Of a stretch of DNA of 64,000 nt, positions 1 through 10,253 are shown in pieces (position 1 is the first letter of the stretch; every line of letters begins with the position of its first letter). The notes beneath the pieces were generated by a model. The model searched no databases and was not told the DNA's origin. It saw only the letters and a program-made list of their open reading frames with translations. The position numbers and the translations under genes were made by a program. The stretch is from Candidatus Bathyarchaeia archaeon (lineage in GTDB: Archaea > Thermoproteota > Bathyarchaeia > Bathyarchaeales > Bathycorpusculaceae), in the NCBI GenBank assembly GCA_049521795.1, contig JBEKOM010000005.1, positions 1 to 64,000 of the forward strand. Direction: 5' to 3'.

Positions 1-1
1 G

Positions 2-145
2 AAGATTCTGGAAAAGGTTGGGTTTAAGAGAGAAGGAACAATGCGAAAGTGCTACTTCTGCAGAGGAGAATGGACAGACATGTTCCTCTTTAGCATTCTC
101 AGGGAAGAATGGAAAGAACCAAGAATACTGACAAAGACCGCCTGA
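2..145 (+). CDS. GNAT N-acetyltransferase, RimJ/RimL-like (3' part only, runs off window)
   Basis: Manual translation of frame 2: KILEKVGFKREGTMRKCYFCRGEWTDMFLFSILREEWKEPRILTKTA*, a typical RimL C-terminus. Confidence 0.85.
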   Translation, partial: KILEKVGFKREGTMRKCYFCRGEWTDMFLFSILREEWKEPRILTKTA

Positions 146-161
146 AATGAGACAGTTTCTA

Positions 162-189
162 GTTTTGCGGAAAAGTTATACTGAAATGA
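162..189 (+). repeat. Degenerate copy of ~28-bp intergenic palindrome (site A)
   Basis: GTTTTGCGGAA-AAGTTA-TACTGAAATGA; left arm and spacer match site G; 16 nt after GNAT stop. Confidence 0.45.
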
Positions 190-246
190 AAAGACATTAT
201 CGTGCGGAATCCTAAGAATTCCCTTGAGATAGTTGTGTGATGGCAA

Positions 247-1056
247 ATGGAGAAACCAATTCCAGTAGCATTTGAGAGCAACGGTGCGAATATCCACGGA
301 ATCTTCTATCAAGCCTCTGGAGTCGAACCATTGCCAACAGTCATCCTTTGTCACGGGTTTCCTGGAGATGAAGGAGACGTGTTTGGTCTTGGTGACAGAT
401 TGATGAAAGAGGGGTTCAATGCTCTTGCTTTCAATTATCGTGGCTCTTGGGGAAGCGAAGGATTGTTCAAGGATGCGAATTCCTTAGAGGATGTAATCTC
501 GGCTATTCGTTACGTGAAATCCAGTTTTGTCATTAAAGAATTCAATGTGGACTCGTCACGTATTGTCCTTATTGGATATAGTTATGGTGGTGGCATGGCT
601 CTGTTGGGCTCATTGAGTGACGCCGCCGTTAGAAAAGTAGTTGACATTGCTGGAGGTAATCTTGGCGAAGCGGGAAGAATGATGAAACAGAGTGATGAAT
701 TCAGACGGGCGATTGAGAGAAGCATAGAGGAAGGTGCTACCAGCTCAAGTTTGAGAGTGAGTCCTAAGGAAATCATCGCAGAATTGCTTGCAGACTTGGA
801 CAAGTTCGACTTGGTCAAGCACGCTGAGGAAATATCAAGTAAGGATATTTTGATAATTGGTGGATGGCGTGACCAAGAAGCGGACATAGAACATCACATA
901 TTGCCTCTTATCAGAGCATTGCAGAGGCATGGAGCCAACCAAGTGCAAATAGAAATCTTTGACTCAGATCACTCGTTTACTAATGTTAGGAGTCAATTGG
1001 CAGACAGAATTGTATCCTGGTTGAAGAGAACCCCACCTGACAAAACAGCTAGATAA
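247..1056 (+). CDS. Alpha/beta-fold hydrolase
   Basis: HGFPG oxyanion motif, GYSYG nucleophile elbow, C-terminal DHSF His. Confidence 0.9.
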   Translation: MEKPIPVAFESNGANIHGIFYQASGVEPLPTVILCHGFPGDEGDVFGLGDRLMKEGFNALAFNYRGSWGSEGLFKDANSLEDVISAIRYVKSSFVIKEFNVDSSRIVLIGYSYGGGMALLGSLSDAAVRKVVDIAGGNLGEAGRMMKQSDEFRRAIERSIEEGATSSSLRVSPKEIIAELLADLDKFDLVKHAEEISSKDILIIGGWRDQEADIEHHILPLIRALQRHGANQVQIEIFDSDHSFTNVRSQLADRIVSWLKRTPPDKTAR

Positions 1057-1501
1057 AACCTCATTAGTTGGCAATAGAAGTTTTCTCTATCAGTCCTTTT
1101 AAGCCAGTCTGACCTATCTGATAATAGAAGAAAACGGTCATGTGAAGACGGACTTCGGGAGATATCGCCACTGCGGTTTTGGTCCAAGCTGGACGACGAC
1201 CCTCTACGATGATTTTGGCAGCTTCTTCATGATCTGCATGTCGCCGTGAAACTGTCTTCATAAGAATGCAGTAGCAGGTTTTGTTTGCCGTTCTTATGTT
1301 TACAAAGCGAAAAGCAGCCAGGTACTCATTCAGAAGGAGACATACGTGAGAATCATGCTATTTTCTTGACACAGCACATATGCGCGACGATTTCTTGATT
1401 TTGGGTCACGATTGAGTGTTCATAAGTTTTTTACTACTCGTGGACAGGTTGAAGTAAGTGTTCAATGTCCCGGGGTGCCTTCGAACACAGAAGATGGTTA
1501 G

Positions 1502-4500
1502 ATGAATGAGCATGCTGTCGAGTCCTCAGTGGAAATCGCACTTGATTTGAACGAGAAGAAACCGATAAGGGTCTTGCATGTTGACGATGAGCTTGGCTTT
1601 TTGAAAGTAGCCAAACAGTGCTTAGAAATGCAAGGTCGATTTCAAGTTGACACGGCATCGTCTGCTGAAGAAGCCATGGAAAAAGTGAAGAAAGAAAAGT
1701 ATGATGCTATTGTCTGTGACTATCAGATGCCAGGAGAAGATGGTCTGCAGTTCCTGAAAGAGCTGCGAGAGAAAGGCTGCAGTATTCCGTTTATCATGTT
1801 CACTGGCAAAGGCCGGGAAGAGGTTGCTATAAAGGCACTGAACTTGGGCGCGGATCAATACTTGAACAAGTCCGGCGAACCTGAGGCAGTTTATGCTGAA
1901 TTGGCGCACAGCGTAAGACAAGCTGTGGAAAGAAGAAACGCCGTGGAAATGCTCAAGGAGTCGGAAGAAAAGTACAAGGGGCTGGTTGAGAACTCGAAAG
2001 AGTCCATCGTCATCATCGATTTGAAAGGAAACGTGTTGTTTGCCAACAAAGCAACGGAGAAATTGACAGGCTACACCGAAAGAACAGCTCCAATGAACGT
2101 GAGGCAAATCACCCCTATGAAGTACTGGCCTAAAAGCTTTGCAATGTTGAGGAAAGCAAAGAAGGGAGAACAGGTTCCCAACTTTGAGTCTGTGATAAGA
2201 AGAAAGGATGGCAACCTCATTCCAGTCGAGTCTTGGGGTCAGGCCATCTTTAAAGATGGAAAAGTCGTGGGCATACAAATCATCACGAGGGATATTTCCG
2301 ACCGTAAAGAGAGGGAGACTGAACTTGAGGAGTCAGAGAAGAAATACCGAGAATTGGCTGATCAATTGCCACTGATCGTGTATGAGATCGATGACAAAGG
2401 AAGATTCACGTTCGTCAATGAGACTGGTTTTGAGCTTACTGGATATTCCCGTAAGGATCTTGAGAAAGGTTTGAACATCCTTCAAATGGTTGCTGGCGAA
2501 GATCGAGACAAGGCCGAAGCACGCATTCAAAGGATGTTGAGCGGAGAAAAAACAGGTTACGATGAATACACAGTGATCAATAAGGACGGTAGCACGTTCC
2601 CTGCTATGGTCTGTGGCAGTGCTATTGTGCGTGAAGGCAAGATAGTAGGCTTGAGGGGCACTGTCATAGACATCACAGACCGCAAGAAAGCAGAGAAGTC
2701 ACTGCAGAAAACTGAAGAAAGGTTCAGGACTTTGATGGAGGAAGCTCCAATAGGCATATGCAATACCGATCTCAAGGGAAAAATCACTTATGTCAACAAG
2801 CGATTCGAAGAAGCCACAGGCTATTCGCGTGAGGAAATCGTCGGCAAGAATGGTTTTGAGATTGGCATTATGTCCGACGAGACATTGAAGTCACTCGCGA
2901 AACGATTGAGAGGGAGATTAATCGGGAAACCTAGTCGCGTTTTAGATGGTCAGTTCAAGCGCAAAGACGGAGAATGGATATGGGCGGAAGTAGAGGGCAG
3001 ATTAATCAAGAAGTTCGGTGTTCCAGTCGGCTTCCAACTCACTACAAGAGATATTACTGAACGAAAGAGAGCGGAAGAAGAAAGGAAACGTTATGAGGAA
3101 AAGCTTTCAGCGTTGAACACCTACAGTCGGGACCTAAACATGGCAGAGAGCAGGCAAGAAATATATCGCTTAACCTTGGACGCCATGCAGAAGGTTCTGG
3201 GATTTGAGTACGCAGACTTTATGATGATCGATAAGAACATGCTTTACATAGCGGATAAACGTGGGTATCCAGAACCTTTTCAACTTGAGTTGCCGCTGGA
3301 CGGTAGCAAGAAGGGCATAACTATCAAGGTGGCAAAGACTGGCAATTCCATTATCGCTCAAGATGTAAGAAAGAATGCAGACTTCGTCAAAGGACTCCCT
3401 GGCATACTTTCCGAACTCGCCGTACCAATCAAAGTTGGGCAAAAAACCCTCGGAGTACTAAACGTAGAAAGCGAAGAATTGAACGGTTTTGACGAAAAAG
3501 ATCAGGAGCTGCTTGAAATTCTAGCGTCACACGCCGCCACCGCGATAAGCAACTTGGAGTATTCTAAGAATTTGGAAGCGTATGCGCGGGAAATTCTAGA
3601 GAGCCAACAGAGGTTTGAGCGGCTTTTCATGGATAATCCTGAGGCAGCGGTGCACTTGGATTCGAGCTTTCACATTTTGAATGTCAACCCACGTTTCATG
3701 AGGCTTTTCGGCAACTCTTTAGATGAAATTAAGGGGAAACACATCAACGATGTCATAGTGCCAAAGGATAGGATGGAAGAAGCAGTTGTCTTCGATGAAA
3801 GAGCTAGCAAAGGGGAGATTTATCATGAAGACACTGTTAGAAAGAGAAAAGATGGAAGTTTAGTTACAGTTGCTTTTTCTGCCGCTCCCATAATCGTCGA
3901 AAACCAAGTTATAGGTCACATAGCGGTGTACAAAGACATTTCTCAGCTGAAGAAAGCCGAAGAGGAATTGAAAGAGACATTAGAAAAGCTGGCGAAAACG
4001 AATGAGAAGTTGCGTGTCGTTGGCGGATTGGCTAGACATGACGTTCGAAACAAGCTCAGTGCAATTACGGGCAATGTTTACCTGGCAAAAAAGAAGTTGG
4101 CTAGCAACAGCGAAGTTCTGAATAATCTGAAAGAGATGGAATTAGCTATTGGACAGATTGTAAGAATTTTCGACTTCACCAAGACTTACGAAATGATAGG
4201 CATTGAAGAATTGCGATACACAGAGGTGGAGAAAACGATTGACGAGGCAGTTTCGCTCTTTTCAGACTTGAAGGACGTAAGGATGATTAACAACTGCCGC
4301 GGATTGACGGTTCTGGCGGATTCCTTGCTAGGGCAGCTGTTCTATAATCTTGTCGACAACTCGTTGAAGTACGGTGAAAAGATAAAGACGATCAACGTGT
4401 ACTATGAAGAGATAGAGAAGGACACGCTGAAATTGGTCTACGAGGACGATGGCGTAGGCATATCTGAGTCAGAAAAGAAGAAACTTTTCCAAGAAGGCTA

Positions 4501-4681
4501 CGGAAGAGGCACTGGATACGGTCTATACTCGATAAGGAAGATATGTGAAGGCTACGGTTGGAACATCGAGGAAACGGGTAAGGAGGGCGAAGGAGCCCAA
4601 TTCACCATAGCTATACCAAGAATTGGTGAAAAAAGAGAAACAAACTACAGCATAAGCTCGCCTGAGAGCCAAGCAAACTAA
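1502..4681 (+). CDS. Hybrid sensor histidine kinase REC-PAS(x3)-GAF-PAS-HisK/HATPase
   Basis: VLHVDD/CDYQMP receiver, repeated PAS ends (DITDRKKAE), GAF SELAVP...ASHAATA, H-box HDVRNKL, DDGVGI and GTGYGL boxes. Confidence 0.95.
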   Translation: MNEHAVESSVEIALDLNEKKPIRVLHVDDELGFLKVAKQCLEMQGRFQVDTASSAEEAMEKVKKEKYDAIVCDYQMPGEDGLQFLKELREKGCSIPFIMFTGKGREEVAIKALNLGADQYLNKSGEPEAVYAELAHSVRQAVERRNAVEMLKESEEKYKGLVENSKESIVIIDLKGNVLFANKATEKLTGYTERTAPMNVRQITPMKYWPKSFAMLRKAKKGEQVPNFESVIRRKDGNLIPVESWGQAIFKDGKVVGIQIITRDISDRKERETELEESEKKYRELADQLPLIVYEIDDKGRFTFVNETGFELTGYSRKDLEKGLNILQMVAGEDRDKAEARIQRMLSGEKTGYDEYTVINKDGSTFPAMVCGSAIVREGKIVGLRGTVIDITDRKKAEKSLQKTEERFRTLMEEAPIGICNTDLKGKITYVNKRFEEATGYSREEIVGKNGFEIGIMSDETLKSLAKRLRGRLIGKPSRVLDGQFKRKDGEWIWAEVEGRLIKKFGVPVGFQLTTRDITERKRAEEERKRYEEKLSALNTYSRDLNMAESRQEIYRLTLDAMQKVLGFEYADFMMIDKNMLYIADKRGYPEPFQLELPLDGSKKGITIKVAKTGNSIIAQDVRKNADFVKGLPGILSELAVPIKVGQKTLGVLNVESEELNGFDEKDQELLEILASHAATAISNLEYSKNLEAYAREILESQQRFERLFMDNPEAAVHLDSSFHILNVNPRFMRLFGNSLDEIKGKHINDVIVPKDRMEEAVVFDERASKGEIYHEDTVRKRKDGSLVTVAFSAAPIIVENQVIGHIAVYKDISQLKKAEEELKETLEKLAKTNEKLRVVGGLARHDVRNKLSAITGNVYLAKKKLASNSEVLNNLKEMELAIGQIVRIFDFTKTYEMIGIEELRYTEVEKTIDEAVSLFSDLKDVRMINNCRGLTVLADSLLGQLFYNLVDNSLKYGEKIKTINVYYEEIEKDTLKLVYEDDGVGISESEKKKLFQEGYGRGTGYGLYSIRKICEGYGWNIEETGKEGEGAQFTIAIPRIGEKRETNYSISSPESQAN

Positions 4682-4874
4682 AGTGTACAGGACCATTCCG
4701 TTATCAACAAACGATTTTTCAAGCCCAGCGCACTAGCTCGGTTACGCCGGAGTTAACTATTTTCTGCGTTTCACCACTCAGCCCAGTGTCGCTTGGCAAT
4801 TCGTTAACCGGCATCAAAGGGCTGTTTTTCCATGCAAATCGGTGAATATCTTATGAGGAACCTCGGTCAACCTT

Positions 4875-6155
4875 GTGCGGTGTCTGAGCTTGGGAAAGGA
4901 TGAGTCGAGAGGCCGCCTCCGCCGTGGGCGAAGGTTTCAACGGTTTTCACGTGTGTTTTCGAAGGCAGGTCTCTCTGGATTATCTTCTCAGGTTTACATC
5001 TTGGTTTTTCTGGGCTTCCTCTTCTCGCTTGGGAGGAATATTGCTTTTTCTTATCTTGCCGTGTTCTTGGCTGGGAAAACTCTGAGCGGCGGATTAGCAT
5101 TTGACCCTTCGCTTGTCGGTCTGATGCTGACGATAGGCGGGCTTGCAAATACTTTCGCTCTTCCGATGGCAGGTCACCTGTGTGACAGGTTTGGGAGAAA
5201 GAGAATGATGCTGTTCTCACTCATTCCGCAGATTGCGCTGACCGTTGGCTTCGCGTACGTTCGCGCTTATGCAGAGTTCCTGTTACTGTACACGGCTCTG
5301 GCGATCGTGATGGCGCTTTACCAACCCGCGCACAGCGCGATGATCGCAGACTTGGTTGAGCCGGAGAAAAGAGAGCATGCTTACGGTTTTGACTACATGA
5401 TAGGCAACGTCGGCTTCATGGTCGGACTGCCCGTCGGAGGCTTGATCGCAAGCACAAGCGGATTCTCTGTGCTCTACTTCTACTGCGCTGTTCTTGTGGG
5501 TGCAGCGGCAGCTGGCGTCAGCTTGCTGATCAGAGAATCAAAGCCTGAACAGGGCTCTAATGCACCCTCAATCGCTGTTGCTTCAGTATTCCGGAACAAG
5601 GTTTTCATGCTATTCTGCCTCATGATGTTCTTCACGAACTTCCTCTACGCGCAGTTCTACAGCCTGCTCTCCGTCTACACCGAACACCTCGGCTTCGAAC
5701 CTTACGTCTTTGGCACTCTCTCCTCGATAGCCGGCGCCATGGTTGTAACACTTCAAGTCCCCATCAGGCTGAGCACAGTGCGCATAGGTCCCGCAAAAGC
5801 CTTCATAATCGCTCAGACGCTCTTTGCCACCGGATTCACCTGCTTCATGTTTGCATCGAACTTCATCGAATTCTTGGCAGCCATTGCCGTTCTGACGCTT
5901 GGGGAAATAACCTTCTACCCGGCGGCTTCGGCTTTTGCAGCTAATCTTGCACCCGCAGATATGTTGGGCAGATACATTGCCGTGATGGGACTGTTCTCAG
6001 GAATAGGAGGTTCAACGGCTTCAGTCGCAGTCTTTAGCATTTACGGAATGTTGGTCAACAAAGCCACCGTGTGGGGCATATGGGGAGCCCTCGGGTTTGC
6101 GGCTCTTCCAGGCTATTTTCTGCTGTCTAAAGTCACTAAGAACCACAAGAAGTAG
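4875..6155 (+). CDS. MFS transporter (true start probably downstream, near 4953)
   Basis: Motif A GHLCDRFGRKR, ~12 hydrophobic segments. Confidence 0.9.
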   Translation: MRCLSLGKDESRGRLRRGRRFQRFSRVFSKAGLSGLSSQVYILVFLGFLFSLGRNIAFSYLAVFLAGKTLSGGLAFDPSLVGLMLTIGGLANTFALPMAGHLCDRFGRKRMMLFSLIPQIALTVGFAYVRAYAEFLLLYTALAIVMALYQPAHSAMIADLVEPEKREHAYGFDYMIGNVGFMVGLPVGGLIASTSGFSVLYFYCAVLVGAAAAGVSLLIRESKPEQGSNAPSIAVASVFRNKVFMLFCLMMFFTNFLYAQFYSLLSVYTEHLGFEPYVFGTLSSIAGAMVVTLQVPIRLSTVRIGPAKAFIIAQTLFATGFTCFMFASNFIEFLAAIAVLTLGEITFYPAASAFAANLAPADMLGRYIAVMGLFSGIGGSTASVAVFSIYGMLVNKATVWGIWGALGFAALPGYFLLSKVTKNHKK

Positions 6156-6423
6156 TAGCGTAGACTGCGGTGGTTCCGAAGCGGGTAGACTTCTGTTTGG
6201 ATACTCTTTGCTTACACCAGATGTCTACTTCTGCCGAGTTTGCAACCAACACGCCAATGTCAGCTCTAATGAAGACAGAACCTGAGAGAGAGCGTCGATC
6301 ATGCGTCCCATTTTCGTGGCCTAAGCTGTTCTTTCTCTTCATCACTGTGCTTCTGAACTCTTCAAACATCTTAAGAGCAACGTGTACGATTACAACGTTT
6401 CTATTGCCTGTCAGGTGGGCATC

Positions 6424-7017
6424 ATGTCTCGTGTCAGATTGAAAAGAGAAGCTGGAAACAAGGTTGATTTGGGAACCAAGATAGCCTCATACCCAATGCC
6501 CGTGGTGCTGGTTGGGGCGAACGTGAATGGGAAAGCAAACTTCTTGCCGATAGCATGGTTTATGGAGGCGGCGCGCAGCCCCCCGAAGGTAGCAGTTGCG
6601 CTGAATAAGGCGCATTACACGAACCTGGGCATAAAGGAGAACAAGACGTTCAGCATCTGCATACCTTCAGAGGACATGGTGAAAGCCACTGATTACTGCG
6701 GATTAGTCTCCGGATCCAAAGCGGACAAGTCAGGGGTTTTCAAAGTTTTCTACGGCAAGTTGAAGACTGCCCCATTGATAACAGAGTGCCCTGTGAACAT
6801 TGAGTGCAGCCTCGACAAGGTTGTGGACACCGGCTCAAACGAGCTTTTCATCGGGGACATCGTGTCCACGTACACGGAAGAAAAGTACCTGACAGATGGA
6901 GCTGTTGACTTGAAAAAGACCAAGCCGTTCATGCTATCGCTGAACGACCACCAATATCATGTGCTGGGCAAACCCAAAGCAAAAGCTTGGAACGTAGGCA
7001 AAAACTACGAGCCGTGA
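6424..7017 (+). CDS. Flavin reductase-like (DIM6/NTAB family) protein
   Basis: PMPVVLVG, DYCGLVSG, APLITECPVNIEC, LFIGDIV motifs; start uncertain. Confidence 0.9.
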   Translation: MSRVRLKREAGNKVDLGTKIASYPMPVVLVGANVNGKANFLPIAWFMEAARSPPKVAVALNKAHYTNLGIKENKTFSICIPSEDMVKATDYCGLVSGSKADKSGVFKVFYGKLKTAPLITECPVNIECSLDKVVDTGSNELFIGDIVSTYTEEKYLTDGAVDLKKTKPFMLSLNDHQYHVLGKPKAKAWNVGKNYEP

Positions 7018-7039
7018 AAACTGTGGAAAGCGTGCGGGC

Positions 7040-7502
7040 CTATCGACGCTTTTTAGGTCTCTTTTTCGCCATGTTCAATTCGAGGAAGACTTCCCCCATT
7101 GTCCATTTGCCCATGAACTGCTTAAAACCGTGTCTTTCATAGAGTCGCCGTGCGTCAGGACTTGCTGTAGATGTCTCGATTCCGACTGCTCCCTTCCTCA
7201 CAGCATCGTCTATTGCTCTGTCAAGAAGAAGAGAGCCGATTCTCTGATTACGGAATTCTAGCGCTAGATAGAAGCACGTGGTGAAAGCGTTTAAACCACC
7301 ATCAACCACGTCTTCATGCATTACGCAGTGAAAAACCTACAACCGTGCCTTTTCGGTCAGCCACAAGTAATTCCTTGTTTTCCACGGCCCGTGTGATTGA
7401 CAGCTCTCTAGGAACTTTCCAATCTAGCCACTCTGCTATGGACTTGCTAATGGTTGAGATGTCCTTCTTGGTTGCCTGACGGATTCTGATTGTCTTCAGC
7501 AA
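7040..7502 (-). pseudogene. Frameshifted GNAT acetyltransferase
   Basis: N-half IRQATKKD...VVGF (7314-7502) and C-half ...FRNQRIGSLLL...ARRLYERHGF (7040-7321) lie in different frames joined at a T5 run (~7331-7335). Confidence 0.8.
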
Positions 7503-7601
7503 GCTGCATTGTAACCTCCCTCAACGACCATTCTACGCTGTCTGGCCACAAATGGGTTTTCTTCCACTGAGTAATGTGTGCAGGAAGTTTTGTTGTAGGC
7601 T

Positions 7602-7629
7602 GGTCTGGGGTGAAGTTACATCCCAAACC
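7602..7629 (+). repeat. 28-bp imperfect palindrome (site B)
   Basis: GGTCTGGGGTG-AAGTTA-CATCCCAAACC; 25/28 identical to site C. Confidence 0.9.
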
Positions 7630-7679
7630 CAAAAGAAGATACATGGAAGTGAGAGAAACTTGGCGTGCGCTAACGGAAT

Positions 7680-8318
7680 TCACCCATCTTTCAGATGGTT
7701 TGGTCCTTTTTGCAATCGTCCGATCCAGAATACAGCGATTGGTACAAGCCACAGATAGAATCGTAACGGAACATTCTGGATTCTCCATTGCCAGAATTGA
7801 GGAACCATCGTCAAAAGGAAAAGAAGAGTTGACACAAACATGATGTTTCTGACTCTTCTGTACGGTTCCACGAGTTCTGCAGCGATGAGCTGTTTTTCTT
7901 CCAAGGCCAGTTCATGGACGAAGAAGGCCAAAATGAACACTAGAGCCGCCATGTCTGCCGCGAAAAAAACGGAAGCATATTCTACGACCACTGTCTCGTT
8001 CGCGCGCCCAAACAACGTGACAAGGTTGAACAGGTAGGGCACAAGAGAAACCGAGAACAACATTGCCACGTTAAGCATATTGGTTGTCGTATTCTCCAGT
8101 GGAAGCACAGACATGATGCCTGTGTAACGTATCCAAACAGAAATCAAAATGAGAAAACTAAAAGTGAACGACAGCAAATCGCTTGCAAGATTTGTTAAAG
8201 TCGCTGGCGGCCTCGTCAACAGCGAGTAAGCGCTCAGCGACAAAGCCAGACCAAATATCAAATCTGACAAACTCTCAATCCTTGGCCGCGGACTAGACTG
8301 CCCATTTTTATCGGACAC
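7680..8318 (-). CDS. TMEM175 (DUF1211) family potassium channel
   Basis: RIESLSDLIFGLALSL (RxxxFSD-like signature), about 6 TM segments. Confidence 0.85.
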   Translation of the reverse strand: MSDKNGQSSPRPRIESLSDLIFGLALSLSAYSLLTRPPATLTNLASDLLSFTFSFLILISVWIRYTGIMSVLPLENTTTNMLNVAMLFSVSLVPYLFNLVTLFGRANETVVVEYASVFFAADMAALVFILAFFVHELALEEKQLIAAELVEPYRRVRNIMFVSTLLFLLTMVPQFWQWRIQNVPLRFYLWLVPIAVFWIGRLQKGPNHLKDG

Positions 8319-8433
8319 GTAAATTCAACTCACCTTCCAAATTCTGGAGCTTAGGCTAAAAAGACTTTGCGCGCGTTAACTGTGAGTGCGTGTGTAAGAG
8401 AGTATGTGATTGAGATAGATCGTAAAATATTAC

Positions 8434-8461
8434 GGTTTGGGGTAAAGTTGCATCCCAAACC
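8434..8461 (+). repeat. 28-bp imperfect palindrome (site C)
   Basis: GGTTTGGGGTA-AAGTTG-CATCCCAAACC; arms GGTTTGGG/CCCAAACC perfectly inverted. Confidence 0.9.
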
Positions 8462-8519
8462 TCATTAATAGTTCGCATTTACATTGATTAAGAAAGGTGC
8501 TGAGAGAAGAGTTAAGGAA

Positions 8520-8729
8520 ATGACTAAACAAACGAGTCAAGAGAAATTTGTCAGCAGAAGATGGCTAACCCTTCTCGGAATCATGGGCATCGTAGGGCTA
8601 ATACTTCTTGCTTTTGGAGTATTCTCAATATTCGAGATATCCACACTTCTAGGTGTAATCTTATTGGTTGTAGGAGTCTTCGTATACTTAGTGTTTATTC
8701 TCATAGAAAGAAAGTTGAAGCTCCTCTAG
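8520..8729 (+). CDS. Small two-TM hypothetical membrane protein
   Basis: ORF with two clear hydrophobic helices and a basic C-terminus. Confidence 0.7.
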   Translation: MTKQTSQEKFVSRRWLTLLGIMGIVGLILLAFGVFSIFEISTLLGVILLVVGVFVYLVFILIERKLKLL

Positions 8730-8757
8730 AAGGTTCACCTTTAAAAATCAATTATTT

Positions 8758-9390
8758 CTAATCAGTATACGCGCGTGTTTTTCTTGAAGGTTTCTGTCTT
8801 CTTGCCTGTTCCTTCTTGGTGCTAGTGTTTGTTTGGAGGTTGGCGGCCATTCTTGAGAATGTTATAGGTTGATAGTGCCCCTTGTAATTCAAGTCCATCA
8901 GAAAGCCGTCGATGTCCTCAGTGTTCATGTAGGCCTTCATCTTAGAACTGGCAGCTTCCTTCATGTCTTTCATGTATGTAGAATAGTCTCCGTAGTCCTT
9001 GTGGAAAGAGATGACCACAAGCTGCTTTCCAAGACCGATTCCGTCCATGACTAAGAGGTATGGGCGACGTTCTTCGTTGTCCAATTCACGCGCTGCTCTG
9101 TGTAACTCCTCAAGTTCATCAGGAGAAATAGCCTTCAGTTTAAACATGATGATTGCCATCAGATTGAAACCTAACTTGCGGAAATCAGGGATCACGGTGT
9201 ATTCTTTGATGACGCCCTCTTTCTGAAGTCTGGCTATTAACCTACTGACCGTGGGTTGCGAGACCCCTAACACTTTTGCCAGTTCTCTATCACTCCTGCG
9301 GCTGTTCTTCATAAGCTCAGCAACAAGCCGTACATCAAGATCCTTCAACAGATTGCCTCCAATATTCGACGTGTAGAAAGCATATTTCAA
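8758..9390 (-). CDS. Lrp/AsnC-family transcriptional regulator (start probably ~9351)
   Basis: LMKNSRRSDRELAKVLGVSQPTVSR HTH; GVIKEYTVIPDFRKLG. Confidence 0.9.
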   Translation of the reverse strand: MKYAFYTSNIGGNLLKDLDVRLVAELMKNSRRSDRELAKVLGVSQPTVSRLIARLQKEGVIKEYTVIPDFRKLGFNLMAIIMFKLKAISPDELEELHRAARELDNEERRPYLLVMDGIGLGKQLVVISFHKDYGDYSTYMKDMKEAASSKMKAYMNTEDIDGFLMDLNYKGHYQPITFSRMAANLQTNTSTKKEQARRQKPSRKTRAYTD

Positions 9391-9572
9391 TTGCCCACAC
9401 TAAAAGCTTTAGGGCCGCACCCAAAAGTCCCTAAACATTCTCCTAAACCTCAAGAAATGTCTAGTCTTGCTATTCCGTTTCCAGGGTTTTGGACCGATGG
9501 TGGACACCTGAAAGCAAAATAAAGCAGTTACCCGTTCAATTCAGCTATAGCCTCTCTGCAACTTCACTGTTG

Positions 9573-9602
9573 CTTTGGGGGTAAAGTCACATCCAACCAA
9601 AC
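9573..9602 (+). repeat. Copy of ~28-bp palindrome (site D)
   Basis: CTTTGGGGGTA-AAGTCA-CATCCAACCAA(AC); 12-14 nt past the stop of the minus-strand ORF ending at 9615. Confidence 0.8.
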
Positions 9603-9614
9603 TCTGAACAGAAA

Positions 9615-9911
9615 TCAAATGATTCTACGAAGACGCTTCTCATCTTCCCCAAGGCGTCTTTCGACACCTTCAACTGCCTTCACTATCTTACTCGGCGTTT
9701 TACATCTTTCCTTTTTCCTCTTTCCAGCTGGTTTCTTGACTTTCTCTTTCAGCTTTCTCCTTTGTCTTCTGTTCTCTTCCTCTCTTTTCTGCCGCTGTCT
9801 AATCCAGTCATAAACGTAACCGGTCTCCGCGCCCGGAGGCAATCCTCCTCTCTGCAAAAGCCCACAACCACTATTCCTCTTTCTTGAAAAGACATATAAA
9901 CGTGGCTCCAA
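9615..9911 (-). CDS. Small basic hypothetical protein (start uncertain)
   Basis: ORF with GGLPPGAETGYVYDW followed by a K/R/E-rich helix; purine-rich coding strand. Confidence 0.5.
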   Translation of the reverse strand: MEPRLYVFSRKRNSGCGLLQRGGLPPGAETGYVYDWIRQRQKREEENRRQRRKLKEKVKKPAGKRKKERCKTPSKIVKAVEGVERRLGEDEKRLRRII

Positions 9912-10253
9912 CGGTTACACTCAGAAGCGATTTTTGGTTAGCGTGTAATGAACATCTGGCTTCTATGTGTGCGCGCTGCAAAACGTATATGCAAAAGGTA
10001 TAAGCGACAGAATAAGCATCTGCACAAAACTGAATGACTCGCTCACGGTCTGCTTTTTCAACGACAACATCAACATGATCAAGAGCGAAGCAAGCGTACG
10101 CTAGGCAACGGAGTCTCTGGCACACCCGCGTTTCCATGAACTGCGACGTGTGGAAAGCTGGTTCATATTTCAACTTCACAAATGACATATCTCACCTAAG
10201 CCGCGACTTTAAGGTTGCAGCGAAGCGGACGAAAAAGGGCACGGTGATCGATT

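Noticed and set aside
1064-1400. Short ORFs between the hydrolase and the kinase
   Set aside because: No recognisable homology; possibly debris
7602-8461. Canonical integron attC sites
   Set aside because: Too short, no RYYYAAC...GTTRRRY ends with L boxes, and no intI in the window
9408-9435. TTTAGGG...CCCTAAA inverted repeat upstream of the Lrp gene
   Set aside because: The interior does not match the repeat family; may be an operator, but it is a single unsupported instance
7602-9602. CRISPR array interpretation of the ~28-bp repeats
   Set aside because: Spacing is about 0.8-1.1 kb with whole genes in between, copies are degenerate, and no cas genes are present
9871-10188. 105-aa minus-strand ORF
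   Set aside because: No recognisable motif and atypical composition; cannot be supported as a gene
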